Shown: positions 37,294-48,700, numbered from the stretch's first letter. The stretch: DNA of 64,000 nucleotides from an uncultured Candidatus Saccharibacteria bacterium (GCA_964348885.1 CAYGEK010000001.1:10255-74254), one strand, 5' to 3'. Numbers and translations: made by a program. The notes: generated from the sequence alone by a model not told the origin.

Positions 37294-37447
37294 GTCCCCA
37301 GAATACATAGCAATCTCTGCCGCGATGCGGCAGATTTTATTTTCAGAGCTAGACGTCGAGGAGCGAGCTGCGGATTACAGGCACACCTTCTTTTTTTATT
37401 TCTGCTGTGGTATTTTATTCTTTAGTTCACATAAGGAGAGTGGTCTT

Positions 37448-38083
37448 ATGCAGAAACCCTGCGCATTCTGCGAACGGAAGATGATTGAAGAACGTATCAT
37501 CACTGAAGACGCAAGCTTTATTATTATCGCTTCTCTAGGCCAGATTACCGACGGCGGATACGCGCTAATCGTTCCCCGGGAACACGGCACCTGTATCGGT
37601 GAGATGACGACAGGCGGAGCGGCAAAACTGTTTGAGATTGCGAAATTCACCGCAAACGCGATTGAAAAAGTTTGGGGCGTAAAGCCGGTCATGTTTGAAC
37701 ACGGCGGCGTCGGACAAACTATTCAGCACGCCCACCTGCACCTAGTACCGGCCGAAGCGAACCTGGAAAAGCAGGTAAGGCGTGACTTTCCGGCGGAAAC
37801 CGACGCGCTCGTTTCCCTCCGCGACCTGCCCAGGTTATATCAAGAACTATCGGAGCCGTATCTGTTCTGGCAGGAGCCGGACGGAGCGCCGATGGTGTGC
37901 TGGAATCCAAAGGCGCCGAGCTACTACTTCCGCCGCGTAGTCGCCGAACAGCTTGGCCGTACGGAACGAGCCGACTGGCGGAAGATGGATCCCGATCTGG
38001 ATCGCCGGCTCTGGACCGAAACCCGCGACAAGTTGAAGCCGTTCTTTGATAAAAGCGGCGAAAAGAAAAAGAGCCGCGGCTGA
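37448..38083 (+). CDS. HIT-family (histidine triad) nucleotide hydrolase/transferase with C-terminal extension
   Basis: HxHxHxx motif HAHLHLVP; AGGAG RBS. The long N-terminal part of the track ORF is rejected because it overlaps the convergent gene and has no RBS. Confidence 0.8.
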   Translation: MQKPCAFCERKMIEERIITEDASFIIIASLGQITDGGYALIVPREHGTCIGEMTTGGAAKLFEIAKFTANAIEKVWGVKPVMFEHGGVGQTIQHAHLHLVPAEANLEKQVRRDFPAETDALVSLRDLPRLYQELSEPYLFWQEPDGAPMVCWNPKAPSYYFRRVVAEQLGRTERADWRKMDPDLDRRLWTETRDKLKPFFDKSGEKKKSRG

Positions 38084-38164
38084 AGCTAAATATTACGGCC
38101 CCAGTCTGGGGCCGTTTTTATTTACAGCGAAATCAAAACCACCGCTGAGCGGTGGTTTTGAGGT

Positions 38165-38461
38165 TTACTCGGCTGATTCGCCTTCCGCTTTCGGAACTCG
38201 CGTGGAGCCCTCCGGTTCTTCTATTTTAAGATTTACCCGATCGTTATTCTTGATGCCGACAATTCTCAGTAAAGAACGGATGGATTTCGCGGTAGCGCCC
38301 TGGCGTCCGACTACCTGGCCCATATCCTGTGAATTTACTTTTAACGAGAGCAGGACTCCCATGTCGTCAACTTTACGATCCACCTTAACTTCATCCGGAT
38401 GATCGACAATAGCCTTAACTAAATATTCCAAGAATTCCTGATCGGTTGTTTTGGTTGCCAT
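38165..38461 (-). CDS. KH-domain RNA-binding protein (KhpA/YlqC-like)
   Basis: 98 aa; GxxG KH loop VGRQGATAKSIRSL. Confidence 0.8.
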   Translation of the reverse strand: MATKTTDQEFLEYLVKAIVDHPDEVKVDRKVDDMGVLLSLKVNSQDMGQVVGRQGATAKSIRSLLRIVGIKNNDRVNLKIEEPEGSTRVPKAEGESAE

Positions 38462-38497
38462 ATGGTTAATAGTAACAAAGAAAAATAAAAACGCTAA

Positions 38498-38830
38498 CTA
38501 GGCCTTCGGAGCTTCAGCGGCCGGAGCGGCAGCTGGCGCGGCGGATTTTTCTCCTTCTTTCTTTTTAGGCTGTTTGTGGACAGCCAACTTCTTTCCGGTA
38601 AGCACTCCCGCGGCAACCAGGAGGTTGTGCACGGAATCAGTGGCTTTAGCGCCGACTTTCATCCAATACTGGATACGTTCTTTTTTAAATTCAAACTTAT
38701 TGGCGTGCGGATTGTACCAACCGAGATCTTCCACGTTGGTACCCACCATTTTATGGCGTTTTTCATCAACAATCAGACGGAAGGCCGCCTGGTGTTTCTT
38801 ACCGATCCTTTTGAGCTTCAACATCAACAT
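38498..38830 (-). CDS. rpsP: 30S ribosomal protein S16
   Basis: N-terminal MLMLKLKRIGKKHQAAFRLIV, typical of S16; Ala/Pro/Lys-rich C-terminal tail. Confidence 0.92.
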   Translation of the reverse strand: MLMLKLKRIGKKHQAAFRLIVDEKRHKMVGTNVEDLGWYNPHANKFEFKKERIQYWMKVGAKATDSVHNLLVAAGVLTGKKLAVHKQPKKKEGEKSAAPAAAPAAEAPKA

Positions 38831-38880
38831 GGTAAATAGAATAGCAAATTAAAAAAACCTCGTCAATCGGACCGTTCGGT

Positions 38881-41064
38881 TTATTTTTGGGCCGATAATT
38901 CGGCCTGTTCCAGCTTAATAGATAGGACTCTGGAGGTGCCGTCATCCCCCATCGTCACACCGTAAAGAATCTCGGCCGCTTCCATCGTCGCGCGATTATG
39001 CGTTACCAGGATAAACTGGGTCTTTTTGGAAAAGTCGCTGATTAAATCGGAAAAGCGACGGGCATTCCTCTCGTCCAAAGCCGCGTCCACCTCGTCCAGC
39101 ACCAAGAAAGGCGGCGGGCTGACGGAAATCATCGCGAACAAAGCCGCTATAGAAACCAAACTGCGCTCGCCGCCCGAAAGCATATCCAGGCCGCTAATCT
39201 TCTTTCTCGGAATGCTGACTGAGACCTCCAAGCCGCCATGGTCCACTGTGTGCTCCTCGTCCTCGTCTTTGGCCTCCTCTATCGGCTGCTCGGTCACTTC
39301 CGGATCTATTTCCTTAGGAGCTTCTTCCGGCTTAACCAACTTCAGGCCCGCCTTACCGCCGCCAAACATCAGCTTGAAATAATGATCAAACTGCTCAGAA
39401 ATTGCCTTCAAGTTTCGGGAAAACTCAGTGTGAATCTTCTCATCCAAATCAATAATTAAAGTTTTCAGATCATCGGAAGCTTTGTCCAAGTCATTCATCT
39501 GGGTTTCCAAAAACGCGTAACGGGCTTCGGTTTCCTGCGCTTCCTTAATCAGAGCGGGATCAAGATCGCCGATTCCGGCAAGCTCCGCCCGCAACTTGAA
39601 CATTCTTTTTTCCAAATCAGGGAAGTCACTGCCGGACAGGTCCTGGCGAATCTCAAATTCAGCCAATTTCCGTCCGGACTGCGCCGCGAGATTGCCGAGC
39701 TCCTGGCGGCGAATTATTACACGCTCGCGATCAAACATCAGTTTATTTTTTTCATTTTCCAACTTTTGCGCCTCGTCTCTTTTCGCCTCTACCGCTTCAA
39801 AGGCTTTCTTAAAAATAGCGTTGAAACCGCGCAAATCTTCCGCCAGTTTCTGCTCCATACTGCCGAGCTCCGCGAGCTTGGCGTCCACTGCCGCTAAATC
39901 CGAGGCCGATTTTTCCTTCTGCTGAATCAGATTTTTTACCTTGGACTCCCGGTCATCGTTGCCGCCCGAAAGCGCGCTCGCGATTTTAGCGACCAGGCCT
40001 TTAAGCGCGGTTTTGATGGATTCCAAAACGCCGTCATTCAGAACTGATTCTATGGTACGCCGAGCTTCGTCCAACAGCGTAATCGCCTCAGCGGCTTTTA
40101 CCTCCGACTTAGGCTGATTAGCCAGAAATTCAGCTTGAGCCTCAAGGCGACCGACGGACGTCTGCAGCTGTGATTTCTTGCCGAGCAGGCTAGCTTGTTC
40201 CTTTTTGAAATTCTGAAAATTTTCATCCCCCTTCGGACCGGACTTCTCAACCTTCGCAAGTTCAGTCTGTAAAATCTTCAACTCGTCGCGCTTGGCTTTA
40301 ATTTCTTTTTCAACACGGGCAATCTCCGGCTCTACAGATTTGAGATCGTTCTCAATCTCCGCCAACCGCCCACCGAAATATCTCGCCTCGTGATCTCGTA
40401 GGTCTTTTTCCACCTCCGCCTGTTTCTCATATTTAGAAGCCTGGCGGCGGAGCAACCGCAAATGCGGCATCAGCTCGTCTATCATCGCCCTCACCTTCTC
40501 CAAATTAAATTTGGTACTGACCAGTTTCCGCTCCGCCTCATGCTTTTTTAATTGGAACTGCCTAAGGCCCAAAACTTCTTCCACCATTGTGCGGCGCTCC
40601 TTCGGCGTCGCGCGAACAAAAAGATCGGCGCTTCCCTGATTAACAATAGTAAGACCGCGGGTGCCGAGGCGCGCTTTCGCAAAAAAATCCACGATATCGC
40701 GTAAACGGACTGCCGATTCATTCAAAAAATACTCCGAGTCGCCGCTTCTATTTATCCGCCGGCTGACGGAAACCTCGTCGTAATCAACCGGAAAAAAGTG
40801 GTCGCTGTTATCAAAAGTCATCGTCGCCTGCGCCATACCCATACGGGCTTTTTGCGGCGTACCGGCGAAGATCAGATCTTCCACTCTGGCGCCGCGGATA
40901 TTTTTCGCGTCGCGTTCGCCTAAAAGCCATCGGATCGCGTCAATGACATTGGACTTACCGGAACCGTTCGGACCCACGATACCGGTAATACCGGCGGTAA
41001 AATCCAAAGAAGTCTTTTGAGCAAAAGACTTGAAACCGGCGAGCTCCAGGCTCTTCAAACGCAT
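38881..41064 (-). CDS. SMC-family ABC ATPase, short (727 aa) and apparently hinge-less
   Basis: N-terminal Walker A GPNGSGKSN; C-terminal signature LSGGERSLVSIAAL and Walker B LVLDEVDAALD. The roughly 450-aa middle is continuous coiled-coil, without a recognisable hinge or zinc hook. Confidence 0.7.
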   Translation of the reverse strand: MRLKSLELAGFKSFAQKTSLDFTAGITGIVGPNGSGKSNVIDAIRWLLGERDAKNIRGARVEDLIFAGTPQKARMGMAQATMTFDNSDHFFPVDYDEVSVSRRINRSGDSEYFLNESAVRLRDIVDFFAKARLGTRGLTIVNQGSADLFVRATPKERRTMVEEVLGLRQFQLKKHEAERKLVSTKFNLEKVRAMIDELMPHLRLLRRQASKYEKQAEVEKDLRDHEARYFGGRLAEIENDLKSVEPEIARVEKEIKAKRDELKILQTELAKVEKSGPKGDENFQNFKKEQASLLGKKSQLQTSVGRLEAQAEFLANQPKSEVKAAEAITLLDEARRTIESVLNDGVLESIKTALKGLVAKIASALSGGNDDRESKVKNLIQQKEKSASDLAAVDAKLAELGSMEQKLAEDLRGFNAIFKKAFEAVEAKRDEAQKLENEKNKLMFDRERVIIRRQELGNLAAQSGRKLAEFEIRQDLSGSDFPDLEKRMFKLRAELAGIGDLDPALIKEAQETEARYAFLETQMNDLDKASDDLKTLIIDLDEKIHTEFSRNLKAISEQFDHYFKLMFGGGKAGLKLVKPEEAPKEIDPEVTEQPIEEAKDEDEEHTVDHGGLEVSVSIPRKKISGLDMLSGGERSLVSIAALFAMISVSPPPFLVLDEVDAALDERNARRFSDLISDFSKKTQFILVTHNRATMEAAEILYGVTMGDDGTSRVLSIKLEQAELSAQK

Positions 41065-41130
41065 ATGCTCTTATTTTATATGAAGACAGCCTTAAATCCA
41101 ATAAAAATGACCCGGCTGAAAGGCGGGTCA

Positions 41131-41520
41131 TTAACTTTCCTCCGGCGGAGGCAATTTATTATACTTTTTTCCGATCTTTTTAATCCGCGCGTCGCTGGCG
41201 GAATCCGGCTGGAAAGAAGCCAGCCGGCGCTTCGTCTCCTTGGTCGTCGCATAAGTTTCTTGGGATTCGTAGCCCGGTTCGCCCCACATTCCGGCGCCAT
41301 AACGCTTCTTGCCGTGATAATAGAAAGCAACGTAGCTAAAAATGAGCGTAGCGATAAAGAATGTGACTGCGAGCCAAAAAGCGGCTTTTGAATCCGGCCC
41401 GAGTAGCCAGAAGAAAAACAGCACCGCGGCTATGTTCAGAGAAAAGAGAAGCGCCGTAGCGGGAATGCCGTACCATCGGCTCATAAAATACATGAACCGA
41501 TCCCAGCGGCTGATCTCCAC
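41131..41520 (-). CDS. Membrane protein (hypothetical)
   Basis: 129 aa, two TM helices. Confidence 0.45.
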   Translation of the reverse strand: MEISRWDRFMYFMSRWYGIPATALLFSLNIAAVLFFFWLLGPDSKAAFWLAVTFFIATLIFSYVAFYYHGKKRYGAGMWGEPGYESQETYATTKETKRRLASFQPDSASDARIKKIGKKYNKLPPPEES

Positions 41521-41570
41521 AAAATTCTCCTTCGAACAAATTTAATAAGCTGGGATAATTAAAACAGTTG

Positions 41571-42251
41571 CTAGTCCCCGTGTAAAGCGGCGCGGGCGGC
41601 TTCGGTCTCGGCCTCCTGCTTGGAAGCCCCGGTTCCTTTGCCCAATAACTCTTTACCGACGTAAACTCCGACTTCAAAAAACTTGGCGTGGTCCGGACCG
41701 GTCTCCGACAACACTTTATAATTAGGGGTTAACTTCCTAGATTCCTGAATCTTCTCCTGTAAAGAACTCTTCGGATCTTTGAACAATCCTTGCTTCATCA
41801 CCATATCCAAGTGGCTCAGTACGAATGTATTGACGAATTTTAAAGACGGCTTATATCCACCGTCCAAATAGATCGCGCCCAATAACGCCTCAATAGCGTT
41901 GGCCAAGATCACATCACGAGCGCGGCCGGTGTCCTTAGCTTCGCCGCGGGACAGAAGCACGAATTTCTCCAATCCGAATGATTTAGCCACCTCCGAAAGC
42001 ATCAGATAATTCACTAAAGCTGCCCGGACGCCGGTCATCTTCCCTTCCTGAAATTCGGGAAAGCGCTTATAAAGCTCTTCGGTTACCGATAATTCTAAGA
42101 CCGCGTCGCCCAAAAACTCCAGGCGCTCATTGTTGGAGACGTCCCATTTCGGATTCTCATTCAGATATGATCGGTGCGTCAGCGCTTCTTTCAGAAGATC
42201 CGCATCTTTAAACTCATAACTAATCGCTTTTTCCAGTTTCGCTAGTTCCAT
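41571..42251 (-). CDS. rnc: Ribonuclease III
   Basis: RNase III signature [12 protein letters not shown] plus a C-terminal dsRBD. Confidence 0.9.
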   Translation of the reverse strand: MELAKLEKAISYEFKDADLLKEALTHRSYLNENPKWDVSNNERLEFLGDAVLELSVTEELYKRFPEFQEGKMTGVRAALVNYLMLSEVAKSFGLEKFVLLSRGEAKDTGRARDVILANAIEALLGAIYLDGGYKPSLKFVNTFVLSHLDMVMKQGLFKDPKSSLQEKIQESRKLTPNYKVLSETGPDHAKFFEVGVYVGKELLGKGTGASKQEAETEAARAALHGD

Positions 42252-42708
42252 TATTTTTTTCTTTTTTCGGCTCTACCGGCAACTGACCGGACTCCTGTAA
42301 ATGTTTGTAAACCGTTCCCAGCACGCCGTTAATGAACTTACCCGAATTCGGACCGCCGTAATTCTTGGCAATTTCTATCGCCTCATTAATGGCCACTTTC
42401 GGAGGCACTTCTCCGTGATCCGCGTACAATAGCTCGTAAAGACCGATGCGTAAAGCGTTGCGGTCGATAGTGGCAATCTGCTCCAACGGCCACTCCGGAG
42501 CTGACTTTTCTATCAACTGATCAATATCATCAATATGGTCAATCACCCCTTTCATAAGACGCCAGGCAAAATCCGGCTCATCAATTCCTGGAGCGTACTC
42601 GAGCAGGTTTCTTTCTAGAATTTTAGAGAGATCCTCTTTTTTGTGATAAAAATCCCACTCGTATAAAGACTGAAGAACAACTGAACGAGCAAGCTGACGG
42701 GTTGCCAT
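42220..42708 (-). CDS. nusB: Transcription antitermination factor NusB
   Basis: 162 aa; NusB family helices ([14 protein letters not shown]...). Confidence 0.85.
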   Translation of the reverse strand: MATRQLARSVVLQSLYEWDFYHKKEDLSKILERNLLEYAPGIDEPDFAWRLMKGVIDHIDDIDQLIEKSAPEWPLEQIATIDRNALRIGLYELLYADHGEVPPKVAINEAIEIAKNYGGPNSGKFINGVLGTVYKHLQESGQLPVEPKKEKNNGTSETGKSD

Positions 42709-42735
42709 CTTGTCTTAATTATACCAAATCACCTC

Positions 42736-42897
42736 TTATTTAGAGGAATAGAAACCGCACTGCGGGCAGGCTTTATGCGGGAAAGTCGGGCCTTTGCACT
42801 TAACGCAAACGCCGAGGCTCGTTTTCTTGAGCGCCAAATGAGACCGGCGGCGGCCAACTTTGGATTTAGAATGATGTTTTAGCGGTACACCTCCCAT
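42736..42897 (-). CDS. rpmF: 50S ribosomal protein L32
   Basis: Manual translation MGGVPLKHHSKSKVGRRRSHLALKKTSLGVCVKCKGPTFPHKACPQCGFYSSK (53 aa, below the track cutoff). L32 pattern RR.H.AL plus a C...C...C..CG zinc ribbon. Confidence 0.75.
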   Translation of the reverse strand: MGGVPLKHHSKSKVGRRRSHLALKKTSLGVCVKCKGPTFPHKACPQCGFYSSK

Positions 42898-42907
42898 AGA
42901 ATTATTA

Positions 42908-43513
42908 TCAGTACACTTTATAGAAGTTTTTGATAAAAGTCAACCGATGGAGTATGGACGGCCCGTGCCGCCTAATAGCTTTTATATGCGCCTGGGTACC
43001 GTACCCTTTATGGTCCGCGAAGCCGTACTGCGGAAAGTCCCTGTGATTCCTGGAAATAATCCGGTCACGGCCAACTTTGGCCACTATTGAAGCCAGCTTA
43101 ATCGCATTGATTTTTTCATCACCCTTCACGACAGTTTTCATATTTTGGAGGTCCAGATTGAGAAATAATCCTCCGTCTAAAAAAACCTTTAGACCGTGCC
43201 CTGACAAGCCGTGGGTGCTGATCAATTTTTTAAATGCCCTTGTGGCGGCCAAGTTAGCGGCTTGAGAAATATTAATCCGATCGATTACTTTCGGATAAAC
43301 ATTCGCCCGCGCCCGCAGCACTTCCGGACTTTTTTTAATCAGCGCAAAAATCTCTTCACGCTGTTTGGCGGATAATTTCTTAGAATCGCGAAGCTTGCCG
43401 CGGATAATCTTCAGGCCCACGGGAATAGCCACTGCCGCCACCGTCACCGGACCAGCCAGGCATCCCCGACCGACCTCATCTATGCCTACTATATATGTCT
43501 TGCCTTTCTTCAT
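42908..43513 (-). CDS. rnhB: Ribonuclease HII
   Basis: 201 aa; GIDEVGRG catalytic motif and RNase HII family pattern. Confidence 0.9.
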   Translation of the reverse strand: MKKGKTYIVGIDEVGRGCLAGPVTVAAVAIPVGLKIIRGKLRDSKKLSAKQREEIFALIKKSPEVLRARANVYPKVIDRINISQAANLAATRAFKKLISTHGLSGHGLKVFLDGGLFLNLDLQNMKTVVKGDEKINAIKLASIVAKVGRDRIISRNHRDFPQYGFADHKGYGTQAHIKAIRRHGPSILHRLTFIKNFYKVY

Positions 43514-43565
43514 ACGCAGGAGTACTTTCTTTCATAGTAGCAGAAGCTCATTGAAAGGAGTTGTT

Positions 43566-44402
43566 GTGATCCGCAGCCCTCATGACAGCGCGCGAAAGCC
43601 CAAACGCGGTCTATCATTGGGACATTGCTTCCTAATCGCCTTAGTTATTTTTGTGCTCGTAGCTGGATTGATTTATTTAATCCAGCTGGCCTGCCAGCCG
43701 AGTGCGGAACTGCCTAAAAAGGAAGTTCCCCCGATGGCTCCCGTAGAAGCATGGGCCGAGCCAGTTCAGAAATCGGCCAAGCAAATTTTCCGCGAAGCCG
43801 ACTATCTTGTTCATCTGGACGTAATCTATAGAGAAAAGAAAGATCCTGACCGGATACAGTACTCATACCTATCCGGAATGTTAATCAACTTTCAGAACCG
43901 GCAACTTATCCTGACTGCCGGCCACATCACCAAGGACAGCATAATCATTGACCTGATTCACGCTGAGCTCAAAGGAGAAAGAAATAAATTTTATGAGGTC
44001 AGTCTGGATAAGGTTTCGCAAGCGTTGGACTGCGCCACCCTAACAATCAACGAAAAGGATTTCCAATACTTTGGGAAATTCGCCAGCCTGGACATCCTGA
44101 ATAAGAGCGAGATTGGCGACGTGGTTTATGCCCTCGGCTCACCGATGGAGACCCGGTTCAGCGTTTCCAAGGGCGTAATCAGCAACTTATCTTATGGGCG
44201 TGGCGCCAATACGAAAGCTCGATGGGAGCGGCTACTTGTTCATGACGCGATTGTCTTCCCGGGATCTTCCGGCGGACCGCTGGTGAACGACTCCGGAATG
44301 GTCGTCGGTATGAATATCGGAATCCATCCAGACTTCAACAGCTTCGGCACCGCAGTGCCAATGGATGACATCCTCCACTGGCTAATCCTGAATTATAATT
44401 AA
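43566..44402 (+). CDS. Membrane-anchored trypsin-like serine protease (S1 family, no PDZ)
   Basis: GTG start with AAAGGAG RBS; TM anchor; catalytic triad context TAGHIT...D...GSSGGPL. Confidence 0.7.
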   Translation: MIRSPHDSARKPKRGLSLGHCFLIALVIFVLVAGLIYLIQLACQPSAELPKKEVPPMAPVEAWAEPVQKSAKQIFREADYLVHLDVIYREKKDPDRIQYSYLSGMLINFQNRQLILTAGHITKDSIIIDLIHAELKGERNKFYEVSLDKVSQALDCATLTINEKDFQYFGKFASLDILNKSEIGDVVYALGSPMETRFSVSKGVISNLSYGRGANTKARWERLLVHDAIVFPGSSGGPLVNDSGMVVGMNIGIHPDFNSFGTAVPMDDILHWLILNYN

Positions 44403-44472
44403 TACTAAATCCCTCACTATACAGTGAGGGATTTTTGTTGTACTATCGGCTCAGTTCTTACGAGGAGGTTTT

Positions 44473-45648
44473 ATGCGAAAGCTGATGGTCTTGGCAACGA
44501 TTCTTTCGTTGGTCACGGGATGTATGAGTTTGATTATGCCCAACCACGACAATCTGAAGCTCGTGGAAGATTTCCGGCCCGATCCGAATTTCGGAAACGG
44601 CCAGGCGCAAGTGATGCTGGCAAAGCCTTATACCGCCAAGGACATCGGCCGGCTTCCCGGCGTGGTCTGGCTGGAAATGGTGGTCGGACCAAAAAGTAAA
44701 ATGACCGGTGATGCCTCGGGCTTCATGGTGGAATTCTCGGGAAAGCCGCACATTCTCTCCGCCGGCCACATCTGCCGCGGATTTGAATACAAAGCAATCT
44801 ACGCTTATTTCAGCGAAGGGCAGAAACGACCGGAAGAAGTTGAAATTGTTGCCGCTGACGAAAAGCTGGATCTCGCGCTTCTCCGATTCAAGAATCCAAA
44901 ATTCAGCTATAGCGCCTATCCCCGCCTCGGCCAGTCCAAAAATATCCGGAAGGGCGACAAAGTGTTCCCTTTCGGCAATCCGTTCGGATACGAATTTCTG
45001 GTGCGCGAAGGAGTCATCTGCAAAACCGACTTCGGGCTCAATTACGCCGAAGTAACCCAGCCGCAAATCATCATGCATGACGCGACGATTAATCCGGGTG
45101 ATTCCGGCGGCCCGCTCTTTAACGAGCTTGGGGAAGTCATCGGAATGAACGTCATGGGATTTCATCCGGGAATGCGCAGGGATATCACCACGATTTACGG
45201 AGCGACACCGATTGACGACATCGTCACCGTGCTACGCCGGATGCAAAAGAGCGGCTACGCGGAACATGCCTACATCGGCTGGAAACTGCTCCGAACCAAC
45301 GAGCTGAACCCTCTGAATTACGCGGACTTGAACATGCCGGAGCCGAAGCGGTCCGGCCTCATGATCTACATCCTGGAACCCGGAGGTCCCGCCGCCAAAG
45401 CCGGACTGAAGGTGGGAGATATTCTCCTGCTCTATGACGGCAGTCGGCCGGAAAACTATAACGACCTGGCTCGCGAAGTGATGTTTCATCAGTCTCCCGG
45501 AGACCGGGTGAACCTACGCGTCTACCGTGAGACACATTGGGTTGAAGACCGGATTTTCAGAAACGCCGATGGCAATCTGGAAATCGCGCACGACAAGAAA
45601 GAAAAGTGCGAAGAACTGGAATTCAACGTTATCCTGGAAAAGAGATAA
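44473..45648 (+). CDS. HtrA/DegP-family serine protease with lipoprotein signal and C-terminal PDZ domain
   Basis: Lipobox LVTGC; SAGHICRG, GDSGGPLF; PDZ segment GLMIYILEPGGPAAKAGLKVGDILL. Confidence 0.85.
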   Translation: MRKLMVLATILSLVTGCMSLIMPNHDNLKLVEDFRPDPNFGNGQAQVMLAKPYTAKDIGRLPGVVWLEMVVGPKSKMTGDASGFMVEFSGKPHILSAGHICRGFEYKAIYAYFSEGQKRPEEVEIVAADEKLDLALLRFKNPKFSYSAYPRLGQSKNIRKGDKVFPFGNPFGYEFLVREGVICKTDFGLNYAEVTQPQIIMHDATINPGDSGGPLFNELGEVIGMNVMGFHPGMRRDITTIYGATPIDDIVTVLRRMQKSGYAEHAYIGWKLLRTNELNPLNYADLNMPEPKRSGLMIYILEPGGPAAKAGLKVGDILLLYDGSRPENYNDLAREVMFHQSPGDRVNLRVYRETHWVEDRIFRNADGNLEIAHDKKEKCEELEFNVILEKR

Positions 45649-45731
45649 ATATTACTGCTCCGATATATCGGAGCAGTTTTTTAATTGTAAAATTACCTCT
45701 CCAGACCTAAAATGAAGTTACGAATCAACGG

Positions 45732-48700
45732 ATGACAAAGTTTACGCACCTACATACCCACTCTCACTACTCCCTGCTGGACGGACTAGCCAAAATTGAT
45801 CAGTTGGTTAACCGCGCGAAAGAACTCGGCATGGACTCTTTGGCTCTTACAGATCACGGCAACCTGTACGGCGCGATTGAATTTTACAAAACCGCCCGTG
45901 CGGCCGGCATAAAGCCCGTCCTAGGCGTGGAGTCGTACATAATGCCCGACCCAAATAGTACCGAGAAGTACTATCATATGATTCTTCTTTGTGAAAATGA
46001 GGTTGGCTGGAAAAATCTTCTCAAATTGATGACCCATGCCCAACTGGAGGGCTACTATTATAAACCTCGAATCAATAAAGACTTCCTCCGCAAGAATCAC
46101 GAGGGCATCATCGCGCTTTCTGCCTGTATTTCCGGTGAGGTGGGGCGTAACCTGGTTAATGGAAATTATGACGCCGCTAAAAAAGCGGCGTTGGAGTACC
46201 AGGAAATCTTCGGGAAGAATAATTTCTTCCTTGAACTCGGCCGCCATCCGGGCATCCCAGAAGTTACTAAGACAGAAAAAGGAATTATACAAATAGCGAA
46301 AGAGACCGGCATTCCCCTGGCGGCTACCCAGGACATCCATTATTTAAAAAAAGAAGACCAGGAATATCACGAGATACTGCTTGCGGTACAAACCGGCGGC
46401 AAGCTGGATGATCCCGATCGACTTTCTTTGAAGGACGATGATTTTTCAATGACCTCGCCCGAGCGGATGGCAGAAATGTTTCCCGACCTGCCGGAAGCGG
46501 TCGCGAACACCCAGGCTATTGCCGACCGGTGCAATGTCACGATTGAGCTGAATAAAATTCAATTGCCTAAATTCCCGGTTCCGGACGGAAAAAGCGCGAT
46601 GGCGCATCTTCGCGAAATTATTAGCCGGCGCATCGGCGCCCGATATAAAAACGTGGACCAAGTTGTGACCGATCGGCTGGAATTTGAATTGGGCGTCATA
46701 GAAAAAATGGGGTTCGCCGACTACTTCCTTATAGTCCAAGATCTGGTGAACTGGGCAAAGGACCGGGGTATCGTCGTCGGTCCGGGCCGTGGTTCAGCCG
46801 CCGGCAGTATCGTCGCCTACATCCTACGGGTTACCGACATGGACCCGATTAAATACGAACTCCTCTTTGAGCGCTTTCTTAATCCCGACCGCATTCAAAT
46901 GCCGGATATAGATATAGACATTACGGATCGCCGCCGAGAGGAGGTTTACGGCTATATAGTGGAAAAATACGGAGCCGATCACGTTGCTCATATCATCACC
47001 TTCGGAACTATGGCTGCGCGCGCCGCTATCCGTGATGTCGGACGAGCTCTGGATATAAGTTACGGTTTTTGCGACCAACTCGCCAAGCTGATTCCATTCG
47101 GCCAGGATCTGGAGGAGGCTCTGCAAAGTAATCCTGACTTAAGTAATCTGTATAAAACCAACTCCGACGCTAAAAAAATTCTGGACGCGGCAAAAAAAAT
47201 GGAAGGCATCGCCAGGCACGCCTCCACGCACGCCTGTGGTATCGTGATTTCCGCGAAACCGCTGACCGACTATCTGCCGCTTCAAAAAGCGCCTCAAGAT
47301 CCAGACACGATCGTAACCCAGTTTGAAATGCACAGCGTGGAAGATCTCGGCCTTTTGAAGATGGATCTCCTTGGTCTGAAAAATTTGACCATCATTGAAG
47401 ACACTGTGCGCCTGGTCAAAGATACGCGCGGCGAATCGATTGAAATAGACAAACTCCCGACCTGGGATGAGAGGACCGCGAAGCTTCTGCAGATCGGCGA
47501 CACTACCGGCGTATTCCAGTTTGAGTCTTCAGGCATGCGCCGTTATATGAAAGAGATCAAGCCAAACGACCTGGAAGACCTGATCGCGCTGGTGGCGCTC
47601 TATCGCCCCGGTCCGATGGACCTAATTCCTTCATATATCGCGCGCAAGCACGGTCTGGAAAGAGTTACCTATCTTCACCCGAAACTTGAACCGATTCTAA
47701 AGCCGACCTGGGGAGTTGGCATCTATCAGGAACAGATGATGAGAATCGCCCGCGACCTCGCCGGTTTCACTTTGGCTGAAGCTGACACACTCCGAAAAGC
47801 TATCGGTAAAAAGATTAAAGAACTGCTGGATAAACAACAAGCAAAGCTGGTGAACGGCATGATAGCGAACGGCATCGCTCCCGGCACCGCCCAGGCAATC
47901 TGGGATCTGTTCCCGCCATTCGCCCGGTACGGCTTCAACCGCTCCCACGCTGCCTGTTACGCCTGGATTGGGTACCAGACCGCCTATTTGAAAGCCCACT
48001 ACCCGGTTGAGCTGATGGCGAGCCTGCTTAATGCCGACTCGGGCGACACGGATCGCGTCTCCTTCCTAATCTCGGAATGTCAAAAAATGGGAATAAATGT
48101 GCTCCCGCCGGATATAAATAAAAGCTCCTTGCGCTTTACTCCCGAAGGCGGCCACATCCGGTTCGGCCTCACCGGCGTGAAAAATGTGGGCGAAAATATC
48201 ATTCTCGCGATTATTGAAGAGCGGCAAAAAACAGGGCCCTACAATAATCTCGCCTCTCTCATCAGCCGGGTTCAGCATAAAGATTTAAATAAAAAATCTA
48301 TTGAGAGTCTTACGAAATGTGGCGTTTTAGACACTCTGGGGCTGGACCGAAATCTAATCATCCAAAACATTGATGACATTGTTAAATTCCATCAAGCACT
48401 AAAAAAATCCAATGAAATGAGCGGGGTCAGCCTTTTTGCCAAGGCGCCGATTAACTATAATCTGAAACTCAAAGCCGCGCCGGCGGCAACTTCGGCCGAA
48501 AAATTAATCTGGGAAAAAGAGCTTCTCGGGCTTTATGTTTCCGATCATCCGATGAACGCGCACAAGGAGAAGCTGGCGAAAATGAAAGCAATTCCGATCA
48601 AAGACGCTCTTCTCGTCACCTCTCCGACCGTCCGCCTCGTTTTCGGAGGAATGATTTCAACGATTAAAAAAATTATCACGAAAAAAGGTCAGCCGATGCT

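Noticed and set aside
37109-37447. N-terminal 113 residues of track ORF 37109..38083
   Set aside because: This part overlaps the MazG-like gene in another frame and is low complexity (Arg/Trp/Pro-rich). An AGGAG RBS and the conserved HIT domain begin at the internal ATG 37448.
44458-45165. 235-aa minus-strand ORF
   Set aside because: Antisense to the HtrA protease gene, which has a lipobox, catalytic triad and PDZ domain.
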